Source of the DNA: Felis catus
Taxonomy: Eukaryota
Direction of reading: 5' to 3'
Length of the DNA stretch: 64,000 nucleotides
Assembly: GCF_018350175.1 (NCBI RefSeq)
Contig: NC_058368.1
Location: 7,564,001 to 7,628,000, forward strand
In this document: one piece after another, positions 11,746 to 23,379 of the stretch
Layout: the number at the start of each line of letters is the position of its first letter
How positions within the stretch are numbered: position 1 is the stretch's first letter
Translations under genes and position numbers: made by a program
The notes under the pieces: generated by a model
What the model was told of the DNA's origin: nothing
Seen by the model: the letters and a program-made list of their open reading frames with translations, nothing else
The model's database searches: none

Positions 11746-12976
11746 GATTTTTTGATAAATAATTGTAATTATTTATTATATACATTTATAATATAATATA
11801 ATAATAACTATACTAGGCTCTGGATGATACCCTGGGTCCTCTATCAAGTCTGTTAGCTCATCAACCATTGGATGTTCTCTATGAACCTTCCCTGACTTCT
11901 AGCATGTCTCTTTGCGGTAGCTAGTTTCTCAGAGGTCCCCAGGGAACCTTGCCTCTTGGTCTCTACCTCTTTATCTGGTCCCACCCATGTGGAATCTGGG
12001 CTAGGCCGGGCTACGATTCTGGGTCTGTTGTGGACCCCTTCCGGTGCTAGATGCTGGGAAGGCAAAGGTGAATAGATGGTAGAAATATTTCCGGAAAGCA
12101 AAATCCAAGATTGGAGCTGAATTTTGGCAAGGGTGGAATGTGAGTGTGAATTTGTTAAGATTCTCACTATTGTTTGTGAAGTCCGTATCTTCTGCACTGT
12201 CATGAAAACAAATGGCAAATACAGACTCCTTTTCAGATGTTACTCTTTTCAACCTGTTGTGCAAATATAACCGAGTTCTCCTGGACGTAAGGAGGGTGCT
12301 TTTTCAAGGCCAGCCCTGTAGCTGATTCTGGAAAGTATGCATAAGGCATGTTTAAAGAAAATAAATCAGCCACAAAGTCCATATTCTTGAAAACAGTCAC
12401 AACTAAGGCCATATCGACAGGCAAACCCTAGGGCTCCACCTTGAACTTTATTTAACCTTGGAGGTTAAATAAAATCACTTCACACATCATATTTATTTAT
12501 CCAAGCTATCACCTAGAGAGCCACATAGCTGTCAAGCCCTCGATGATGAAAAGTGGAGCAGAGACTACAAACAATTTAAGACCCCAGGTTTCTTTGCTCA
12601 GTTCAGCCATCGGCTTGTAAAGGTGGCTGAAGGCCTCCTTCTCAGCCGTTTTATTTTCACCACTTATAAAATTGGTGTTATGTGGGTAACCAAACAATGC
12701 TGGTAAAGTGTTGTGAGAGTCCCCATCCATCCCATTATCCTTGCCACAATATACTGAATATCTGAGAGGGTTGGGGCGGCCAGAGGGCTCGTGCACAGTC
12801 ACAACGTGCGTCCTGCACACGATTAGTTTAGCTGTCCTTAAAAATAAGACTGCGATTTTTGAAATTAATTGACCTTAGTCAGTTTTGTGGAATTTCGTTA
12901 GTTGTTTTCATTACTATTGTTGCGATCTTGTGCTTTTTTTTGTAAACAGTTGCTTTATAGTTAAGTTTATTTTGAA

Positions 12977-13380
12977 TTTTTTTTTTTTTTTACATTTATG
13001 TATTTTTGAGAGACAGAGACAGAGCGTGAGCAGGGGAGGGGCAGAGAGAGAGGGAGACACAGAATCCGAAGCAGGCTCCAGGCTCCGAGCCATCAGCCTA
13101 GAGCCCAATGCGGGGCTCGAACTCACGGACCGCGAGATCGTGACCTGAGCCGAAGTCGGATGCTTAACCAACTGAGCCACCCAGGCGCCCCTTAAGTTTA
13201 TTTTGAAAGAGAGTATGAGTAGGGAAGGGGCAGAGAGAGGGAGAGAGAGAGAATCCCAAGCAGGCTCTTCACTGGCAGCGTGGATCGCGACACAGGGCTT
13301 GAACCCACAAAACATGAGATCGTGACCTGAGCTGAAACCAAGAGTCAGACGTTTAAACAACTAAGCCACCCAGGCACCCC
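12977..13380 (-). mobile_element. Young SINE (12977-13191) inserted in the tail of an older SINE (13192-13380)
   Basis: Near-identical TSD ttaagtttatttt(t)gaa at 12961 and 13192. Confidence 0.9.
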
Positions 13381-14430
13381 TACAGTCGTTGTTGTTTTTT
13401 TTAAAGACTAGATAAAAGAATGACCAACTATTAATAGCGGTTAATTCTGGGGAGTGGGAGTAGGTATTCCTTTACATTTCACTGGATGTTCTTCTGTGTT
13501 GTTTATACTTTTGACAATAGGAATGTACTAATTTTAAAATTAATAATAAACTTTAAAAATGTTATCAGTGATTAGAAGGATTGCAGATGACGTTTTACAT
13601 TTTTTTTCTTACTTGACCTTACGAACTTCATGTTGAGAAGAAAAATGGGAAGATCTAAAAGAACATTGACTAAATCTACGGACAATGTAACAAGTGTACC
13701 GAGTTGCAACTGAGGTCTGCTTTTAAAAGTCTGTAAACACTTCATTCACCTCGTTAATCATTGGCTGACCTGTAGAGCCTCAACAACCAGAAATAATGAC
13801 GCGGGGTCAAACTGCACAGTACTTGGGAAGGCTGTCTGATTTAGGGTGCCATCAGACGGAACGGTTCAAGGTCAAACTGACTGAGGGGGGGATGGGAAGT
13901 CTTCCTGGGGTGGGAGAGTATGAGGATGGTAAGATACCCCCCACCCCTTTTGTGGCCGTTGGAAGCTGGCCAGAGAGCGCAAGGTACTGGTAAGCAAATT
14001 GTTTTTGTGAAGGCAACTTTATAGGATGTGATTCTTACTGTGGTTTTCTGTTTGTTTGTTTTTATGCCATAAACTTGGATGAACTGCTTACTATTTACCA
14101 GGCCCTCTGCTGATTACTGGGGATGGAAAGAGACAGAAGACAGGATGCCTACCCTCAGGAAGTACATCTTTTGAAGCGAGAATCAGACAAGTAGAAAGAA
14201 GAGTGTGCTATCATATAATGTAATAAGTGATACAGCAGAGAGTTATATAAAGTGCTCAAGGAACACAGAGGAAGGAGAAACCAAGCCTGGGGATCCAGGA
14301 AAATGTTAGCAGAGTTTGAAGTGGTCCAGCTGAGGAGAGGGGACGAGGAGAGGGACTGTGCCGAGAGAGCGGCTAGAGCAAAGACGCGGAGGCCAGATCG
14401 AGCACAGAGAAAGGACGCACGTGTAGATCC

Positions 14431-15065
14431 TATATTCATTTTCTATTGCTGCCATCAAATTACCACAAACTCAGCAGTTTGAAATGACATGAATATATTG
14501 TCTCACAGTCCCGGAGGTCAGTAATCTAACATAAAAGTGTCAGTGCCCCTTCTGGAGGCTAGAGGGGAGAGGTTGTTTCCTTACGTCTAAGCTTCTAGAG
14601 GATGCCTGCTTTCCGGGGCTCCTACCCCTGCCTTCAGTCACCAGACCTCTTGCTTCCATAGTCATCATGTGTGTCACCCAATCCCCCTCTGCATCCCTCT
14701 TCTTTCTTTTAAGAGAGAGAGAGAGAGAGAGTGGGTGCACACGAGCAGGGGGAGAGAATCTAAGCAGGCTCCGCTCTGAGCACGACAACGCAGGGCTCAG
14801 TTCCACAAACCGTGAGATCATGACCTGAGCCGAAATCTGGAGTCAGATGCTCAACTGACTGAGCCACCCAGGTGCCCCTGCATTCCCCCATCTAAGGACC
14901 CTAGTGATGACACTGGACCCACCCGGATAATCCAGGATCATCTCCCCATTTCAAGACCCTTAAGTTAATCATATCTGCAAAGTCCCTTTTGCCCTATGAG
15001 GCGACACTCACAAGTGCCAGGGATTGGGACCCAGAGAGATGGGGGGGTCCCATCAGCCTGCCACA
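14431..15065 (-). mobile_element. MLT1-type LTR interrupted by a CAN-SINE (14700-14878)
   Basis: attgctgcc...aaattaccacaaact and aatcatatctgcaaagtcccttttgcc motifs. Confidence 0.75.
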
Positions 15066-15526
15066 GCCCCCCTGAGATTTGTACCCCGTAATGCCTCTGC
15101 CCGAGCACCTCTTCTTCCTGAAGCCTGCTCAAGGGGGTTACCGTGTAAACATGGGCAAGTTTATTTACTGTCTTCCATTTTGGTCTCCATCTGGAAGATG
15201 GACAATAATAGACCCAGCTTCTTGGATTTTGTGAAGACGAAAGGAGTTCATGTATGGAAAACACTTAAAGCAGCACCTGAATACAATAAGCTCTCCAATG
15301 CCTGGCCCACCCAGCTCTCTATTCCAACGTCCAAAGTGGAAAAATATGTCTCCTGTCCACCTTATCTAAGGTAGTGTCTCTAGTAATCTTCTCTCTCTCT
15401 CTCTTTTCAGAGTGGTGCTCACGATCTCACGTTAACTCGTCACTGACTCCCCAGCACCCGGCATGACGCCCGGCGCACAGTGGGCCTGCAGGAAGCATTT
15501 ATCGAAGGAACAAGTCAAACTGCCGG

Positions 15527-15902
15527 GCTCTGCATCGTCCATAGAGTAGCCCCCGGCCACACGTGGCTAGTGAGCACTTGAAAGGTGGCTACTCCAAACC
15601 GAGACGTGCCGAAAGTGCAAAATGCACATCAAATTTAGGACTCGGTGGGGCGCCTGGGTGGCTCAGTCCGTTAAGTGTTCAACTCTTGACTTTTCTCAGG
15701 TCGTGACCTCACAGTTCGTGAGATCGAGCCCCGCATCGGGCTGAGCACTGACAGTGTGGAGGCAGTTTGGGCGTCTCTCTCCTCTCTCTCTCTCACAAAT
15801 TGTGATCATGACCTAAGTGGAAATCAAGTCAGAGGCTTAACCAACTGAGCCACCCGGTCGCCCTGGATCAGATTATATTTCTGTGGAATAGCCCTGCTCT
15901 AG
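15527..15902. mobile_element. MER3/MER33-like hAT-Charlie remnant containing SINE fragments (15647-15864)
   Basis: tagcc...gccacacgtggctagtgagcacttgaaaggtggcta motif. Confidence 0.65.
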
Positions 15903-16361
15903 AGAGCCTCTCTAGTGTGTACTCTAAAGCTGGACTTCCGGATTTGAATTCTTTTTTCTTTCCTTAAGTAAACTCTACCCCCAATGCAGGGCTTGAACTC
16001 ACAATCCCCCCAGATCAAGAGTCACATGCTGTACCAGCTGAGCCCGCCGGGCAGCCCCAGGTTTGAATTCTTGATCCACCATTTACTAGCTGTGCAGCCC
16101 TAGGCAAATTACTGAAGTTCTTGCAATAAATGTCAGCTATCACTAGCTAAGTTCCAAAGAAGAAATTATTTTTCGTCATCGACATTCCGCATTTTGTAGA
16201 TGTTTGCAAGTAGCAAAAAGAATATTATGAATCCAGAAAAATTTAACAGACCCTTACTGGAACTTTGGGGGGCCTCCACTCTTATTTTGTATTTCTGATG
16301 ATTTGTATTTTTCACATGACTGTGTCCCATTTGGAAAAAAAATAGACATCATTTAAAATAA

Positions 16362-16727
16362 GGGGCGCCTGGGTGGCTCAGTCGGTTAAGCATCCGACTT
16401 CAGCTCAGGTCACGATCTCATGGTCCGTGAGTTCGAGCCCCGCGTCGCGCTCTGGGCTGATGGCTCAGAGCCTGGAGCCTGCTTCCGATTCTGTGTCTCC
16501 CTCTCTCTCTGCACCTCCCCCGTTCATGCTCTCTCTGTGTCTCAAAAATAAATAAACGTTAAAAAAAAATTTAAAGTATAAATACTTAAGCAGCTTTAAA
16601 AAAATAAATAAATAAAATAAAATAAATGAATAAAAGTTTGCAAAAATTCCCTAAATCACTGGATTCTACTGAAATCATTATTGCACTGTATGCTAACTAA
16701 GTTGGATGTAAATAAAAAAAAAAAAAA
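16362..16727 (+). mobile_element. Felid SINE (16362-16575) followed by a short carnivore L1 3'-end fragment (~16650-16727)
   Basis: SINE head and tail; tgaaatcattattgcactgtatgctaactaa...polyA. Confidence 0.8.
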
Positions 16728-17376
16728 TTTGCAAATCTTCCTTAAATGTGTTCATTGTAAATACCGACTTTCAAGTCCTGAAACTGAAGACTGTCCCTGA
16801 GGGTCGGCCAGGTATGGACATCCCACCTGTCATATCACCTCTGATACGGTACATCATTCAAGAAAGCCTACTTTATCCCAGCCTTCCAACTGTTTTCTGG
16901 CCTCTGGTTCTGGGACACGCTAAGGTAAACAAATGTGCAGGGAACTATGTAAAGAAGTCCATATCTCTTTTCCAAATGTTTCCTCTTTCCATCTTGACTT
17001 TCCTCTCATAGTGTTATCAATGTTGTAATACACAACATAGAGTCTCGTGTTTGGCAAGTGTGCAGCAAACAGCGAAAGACTCACTAAAGGAATAAATACG
17101 TGAATTAATTCAACATTACGATCATCTCCCTCCTTCCCATCCCGTCAATTATGCTTCTTACTGTGTTTTCCTTATTAGGTTATAATTTTCCAACACATCC
17201 GCTTCCTTCTTTCTTTTCCCTCCCCTGATGCCAAAATCCTCCATGGATTTCTTTACTTTATTTTTTAATTTTATCTACTACTTTTACCTTCCGGTTGTCT
17301 TTAATATAGTTACTGGTGAAATTCTGGGAGACCTGTTTGGATCCCCCGTTTCAGCTAAAAGTTAGAATCATATTTT

Positions 17377-17577
17377 ATTTTATTGTTTTATGTTTATTTT
17401 TGAGAATGAGAGAGAGAGAGGGGCAGAGCACAAGTTGGGGAGGGACAGAGAGAGAGGGAGACACAAAATCTGAAGCAAGCTCAAGGCTCTGAGCTGTTAG
17501 CACAGAGCCTGATGCAGGGTTTGAACTCATGAACCACAAGATCATGACCTTAACCGACTGAGTCACCCAGGTGCCCC
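17377..17577 (-). mobile_element. CAN-SINE with TSD agaatcatatttt
   Basis: TSD at 17364-17376 and 17578-17590. Confidence 0.9.
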
Positions 17578-17989
17578 AGAATCATATTTTCAAAATAACT
17601 CTAGATATATAGTATACTACCATTTATCTCAGAAAGGGGGAATATGAATGTATGTGTTTATATATGAACATACATATATTATATATATATTATATATATA
17701 TATATGTGATATAATCAACAAACCAGAATGTAGATCATCCCCTGGGACAAATAAACCAATGTTCTTCATCAAATAAATTGTAAGATTAAAAACACAAAGA
17801 AATTTGAGGGGTTAATCTCTACTATAGATTATTAAAGCCGTAAGAGAAATATCAATCAATCAAAATGTTATGAACCTTTTTGTATCCCAGTTTAAGCAAA
17901 ACTATAAAATAAAAACATTTACAAGACTTACAAGACAATTGTAACTTTGAACTCAAAGTACATATTTAACGATATTAAGAAATATCGCT

Positions 17990-19100
17990 ATTTTTATTGA
18001 AGTATAATGACATAACATTACATTAGCTTCAGGTGTATGACAGAATGATTCAATATTTGTATATGTTGTGAAGTGATCACCACAATAAGTCCAGTTAACG
18101 TCCATCACCATGTGTAGTTGCAAAAACTGTTTTCTCATAATGAGAATTTTCAAGACCCGCTCACCTAGCCACCCTCAGTATGCCGTAAAGTATTATGAAC
18201 GACGGTTACCATGCTGTACATGACATCCCGATGACTTACTTATTTCGTAACTAGAAATTTGTACTTTTGATCCCCTTTACCCATTTCACCTCCCCTTTAC
18301 ACCCCACCTCAGGCAACAACCACTCTGTTCTCTATATCCGTGAGCTCTGTTTTGTTTGTTCCGTTTTCTGTTTTTGTCTCCTTTTTTTTTTTAAGATTCC
18401 GCATATAAGTGAGATCATATGATATTTATCTTTTTCTGTCTAACATTTCACTTTGCATAATGCCCTCAAGGTCCACCTATTTTGTCATAAATGGCAAGAT
18501 TATATCCTTTTTTATGGCTAAATAATATTTCTCTCTGTGTGTGTGACCTTCTCTTTATCCATTCATCCATCAATGGGCATTTAGTTGTTTCCATGTTTTA
18601 ACTATTGTGAACAATGCTGCAGTAAGCATAGGGTGCATATATCTTTCCGAGTTGGTGTTTTCATTTTCTTTGGGTAAATACCCAGAAGGGGAATTCTTGG
18701 ATCGTATGGTAATGGTAGTCCTATTTTTAATTTTTTGAGGAACTTCCACACCGTTTTCCACCATGGCTCTACCAATTTACGTTCTCAACAACAGTGCCCA
18801 AGGGTTTCTTTTCTCCACATCCTCAACAACAATTGCTATTTCTTGTCTTTTAATACTAGCCATTTTAACAGATGTGAAGGGATGTTTCATTGTGGTTTCA
18901 ATTTGCATGTCCCTGATGATTAACGTTAAACCATCTTTCCATGTGTATGTCTTCTTTGAAGAAATGTCTAATCAGGTCCTCTCTGCTCATTTTGTAATCA
19001 GATTGATTTTTTGCCATTGAGTTGTGTGAGTTCTTTATATATCTTGGATATTAACCCCTTGTCAGAAATACAATTTGCAAATATTTTCTCCCATAAAGTT
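17990..19100 (-). mobile_element. L1 3' end (ORF2 C-terminal remnant and 3'UTR)
   Basis: Degenerate ORF2-like peptides on the minus strand (WEKIFANCISDKGLISKIYKELTQLN; AALFTIVKTWKQ). Confidence 0.9.
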
Positions 19101-19299
19101 GACTTTGTTGTGCAGAAGTGCTGTTTTAAGATATAATAATGAAAAAATATATAAAAAATAGGTACGACAATGGTAAATGTGTCCATATCTTTTAAAGGTA
19201 CTCTCTAAAACATTTAGAGATGAATTCATATGATGCTTTGCATTTTCTTCAGAATATGGAGGAGATATAAATGAAACACGATTGGCTATGAATTGATCC

Positions 19300-19936
19300 T
19301 TTTTTTTTTTTTACGTTTATTTATTTTTGAGAGAGAGACAGAGATAGAGAGAGAGAGACAGACCATGAGTCGGGGAGGGGAAGAGAGCGAGGAAGACAGA
19401 GAATTGGAAGCAGACTCCAGCCTCTGAGCCATCAGCACAGAGCCCGAGGCACGGGTCAACCACGGGATCATGACCTGAGCCAAAGTCGGATGCTTAACTG
19501 ACTGAGCCACCCAGGTGGCCCCAAAGTGCCATATTTTAAGATGGTATACTTTGGAGCTCATCAGACTTCTAAGGATTTTAGGGAAAGCCTTACAAATAAT
19601 CTCTGTTAAACGATAGAGTTTCTAAAAATCCTTTAAGTGTTTTTTTTTTTTTTTTAATTTTAGAGAGAAAGAGTCAGGGAGAAGGGCAGAGGCAAAAAGA
19701 GAATCTTAAGCAGGTTCCACTCTCAAAATGGAGCCTGACACGGGGCACAGTTGCTACAACCCTGGGATCATGACCTGAGCCCCAAATCAAGAGCCAGGCA
19801 CTCAACCAACTGAGCCAGCCAGGCGCCCTTAAAGTTTTTATTTTTAAGTAATCTCTACACCCTACGTAGAGGACTCGAACTCACAGCTCCAAGATCAAGA
19901 GTCACATCCTCTACCACTGAGCCAGCCAGGTGCCCT
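19300..19936 (-). mobile_element. Three CAN-SINEs (19300-19521, 19640-19828, 19840-19936)
   Basis: Reverse-complement heads. Confidence 0.85.
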
Positions 19937-20593
19937 GGGTTTCTAAAACTCTTAAAGGCACTTTTGCACAACGGCTTCATGGGGACTCAAGGTAGAGAAG
20001 GACTTATCTAAGAGATTTGTGGGTAATTTAATTTAAGGGAATAGTTTTATAAATTGAAACATAAGAAATCCACAAGGATGTTAAAGTAATTATGTCACTT
20101 TCAGTTGAAAGGAACAAAGATAGTACAAAATGAACTGAGATCTTTGGGTGCCCAAACTTCTAGGCGTGAAGCAGGCTGAAAATATTGCAAACATTGACCA
20201 TGTTTCATGGAAAAAGGAAGGATGACTCAGAGAACAGGAACAAAGGCCAACCGGGCAGAGGAAAAAGTCCCAGATGGCCACTCCCAGGGAGCAAGATGGC
20301 GTCCCAATCAATAAACAGGCAACAGACACTTGGATGGATTTCAGAATTAATATAAACCAATGACTGCTGTGTGTTTCCGCTTTCTCTGCTTTAGAACAGG
20401 ACTATCAGTAGCAGCTGTCCTTTACCTGTCCCACCATTGTATGTTGGGTTTATTTGAGGGAGGAGTGGCAGAAGTCTAGGGGCTTTCTTATTTTGCATTG
20501 AATTATTTATATGTTAAAAATCACAATTCTGTCGTTTTTGTAGCAAATAATATTTTGTCATTTTTTTGTTTGCCTTTAGATTTTTGAAATGAT

Positions 20594-21735
20594 GGGGCTG
20601 CCTGGGTGGATCAGTCAGTAGAGCGTCCGACTTCAGCTCATGACCTCACAGTTCGCGAGTTCAAGCCCCGCTTCGGGCTCTGTGCTGACAGCTCAGAGCC
20701 TGGAGCCTGTTTCAGATTCTGTGTCTCCCTCTCTCTCTGCCCCTCCCCTGCTTACACTCTGTCTCTCTCTCTCTCTCTCTCTCTCAAAAATAAATAAACA
20801 TTAAACAAATTTTAATAAGTAAGTTTTTGAAATGATATTTTTGGTAGCTATCCATTATTTCCTTTATACTTTCTTACTTTGCCTTTATACTTAGAAAGTC
20901 TGCTATATTCAGGAATCAGACTTGATACTGGTTGAAATAACGTGATGTTTGATGTCAGGCCTGGATCAGAATCCATTTTATAGGACTATATGCTGGTTGT
21001 TGCAAAGATTAAATCAAATAATTTAAGTTAAAGATTCAAGCACAGGGCCTGGGATGTGGATGCTCTGCACTTCTCTTTCTGTTTAGTATAAAATAATAGA
21101 CTCAGGCAAATCACGGAAAATGCAAATACCCAATAAACACGTGAAAATATGCTCAACCTGCTTAATAATCATGGAACTAAGGTTAAATTAGCATTTTCTG
21201 TCCATCAGATTAATAAAAAGTTAAAAGATAATCTCTAATGCAGTCACAAACCTTTTTGGAAAACAATGCCTATATTTAGTAAAGTAAAAAATGGGCATTT
21301 TCTTTGATTTAGCATTTTCGGTTTAAGTAATCTGTCCTTTAAAAATATGAAGGTCTAGGGGCGCCTGGGTGGCGCAGTCGGTTAGGCGTCCGACTTCAGC
21401 CAGGTCATGATCTCGCGGTCCATGAGTTCGAGCCCCGCGTCAGGCTCTGGGCTGATGCCTCGGAGCCTGGAGCCTGTTTCCGATTCTGTGTCTCCCTCTC
21501 TCTCTGCCCCTCCCCGTTCATGCCCTGTCTCTCTCTGTCCCAAAAATAAATAAAAAACGTTGAAAAAAAATTAAAAAAAATATGAAGGTCTAAAAGGGTG
21601 TATGTTGGGGGGGGTTGGTTTTTGTTTTTTTAAGATTTTATTTTAAATAATCTCTACACCCAACATGGGGCTTGAACTCACAACCCCAAGATCAAGAGTC
21701 ATTTGCTCTATTGACTGAGCCAGCCAGGTGCGCTC
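20594..21735. mobile_element. SINEs at 20594-20810 (plus), 21358-21575 (plus, young) and 21630-21735 (minus, short)
   Basis: 17-bp TSD aaaaatatgaaggtcta at 21341-21357 and 21576-21592 for the middle copy. Confidence 0.9.
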
Positions 21736-21889
21736 TAAAAAGATATATGTTAAAAAATGTTTACCTTTTCACTGTTTATAATAGCAAAACACTGACGGCA
21801 ACTTGGATATTGTCAGTAGCGAAGTCGTTAAATATGGTTATTTGCAGTCTCTCCCCACTAGAACGTAAGCTGCCCAAGAATAGAGGTTT

Positions 21890-22281
21890 TTTTAAAAAAA
21901 TATAATTGTCAGATTGGCTTCCATACAACACGCCATGCTCATCCCAACAAGTGTCCTCCTCAATGCCCATCACCCGCTTTCCCCGCCTCCCCACCCCCCA
22001 TCAACCCTCAGTTCTCTGTAACTATTTTTCCCCCCTCCCCCTCCCCCCTAGTCTTCCGTTGAGTTTCTCAGGATCCACATATGAGTGAAAACATAAGGTG
22101 TCTTTCTCTGCCTGACTTATTTCACTTAGCAGAACACTCTCCAGTTCCATCCACGTTGCTGCAAATGGCCGGATTTCATTCTTTCTCATGGCCAAGTAGT
22201 ACTCCATTGTGTACATTAAACCACATCTTCTTTATCCATTCGTCAGTTGATGGACATTTAGGCTCTTTCCATAATTTGGCT
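21890..22281 (-). mobile_element. 5'-truncated carnivore/felid L1 3' end
   Basis: YTMEYYLAMRKNEIRPFAATWMELESVLLSEISQAEKD is the L1 ORF2 C-terminus. Confidence 0.9.
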
Positions 22282-22922
22282 AAGGAAGAGAGGCCTTTTT
22301 TTAACTTATTTTTTTAAATTTTATGATACCAGGGTTGTTATCTGCCTTTCATGGCAAGTTATTATTATTTTTTTTTTTAGTCTAGTCGACACACAATGTT
22401 ACATTAGTTTGGGGTGTGCGTCTGTGATCTTAGTGCTGTTTTCTCAGCACATAATAAACATTCAGGAAATTGTTGACTAAATGAATAGGATTCTGACCTA
22501 TCTAAATTTACAAAATGTGGTAATCACTAAAAAGAGTCTGTCGGATTTCCATGTAATGGGCTGGGGAATCCCCATGATACATTATTAAGTGATAAAAACA
22601 ACCCATAAATATGACTTGACTTTGTTTTTGTTTAAAGGAAGGAAAAAGGAAGTACAAGATAGTATGTAACATATGTTTGCATAAACACAAAAAGCTCTTG
22701 GAATGATACCTCCGGGGCTGATTGAAAGACTAGAGGAGAAATTAACTTTTGTTTTTCCCACGCTTCTGCACTGTTTAACTTTGCTGAAAGGAATTGTTTG
22801 TGCAAGCCCTCCGCTTCCATCAATAAAAGTTTACACCAAACCAGACTTCTCTATAGGAAAGACCGCATGTTTGAATCCTTTGACCACACGTTAGGAAAAG
22901 GTGACCTTGACACTAGGTATTC

Positions 22923-23151
22923 TTTTTTTTTTTTTTTAATTTTTTTTTCAACGTTTTTATTTATTTTTCGGACAGAGAGAGACAGCATGAACGGGGGAGG
23001 GGCAGAGAGAGAGGGAGACACAGAATTGGAAACAGGCTCCAGGTTCTGAGCCATTAGCCCAGAGCCTGACGCGGGGCTCGAACTCCCGGACTGGGAGATC
23101 GTGACCTGGCTGAAGTCGGACGCTCAACCGACTGCGCCACCCAGGCGCCCC
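22923..23151 (-). mobile_element. Young SINEC_Fc-like element
   Basis: TSD gacactaggtattc at 22909 and 23152. Confidence 0.95.
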
Positions 23152-23379
23152 GACACTAGGTATTCTTTTTACAAGAGGGGTTTGTTGCCTCGCTGCTTTT
23201 GTATTTTTTTTTTTTAACTGCGTGCTGAACACTTCTCCCTCGCCAGTCAATTTTGCTCTCCCCACCCTCCCACTCCCACCTCCACTGAGTTTGCTCTGCC
23301 CGTTCCCTTCCTGCGGGTATCTCTCCTGTCAAACCTGCTGACTCTCCTGCCCGCTTATCTCTAAACTCTGTGCTCTAGA

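Noticed and set aside
11853..12820. Run of minus-strand ORFs suggesting a processed pseudogene
   Set aside because: No protein family recognised and no poly(A) tail or TSD seen; a tblastx search would settle it
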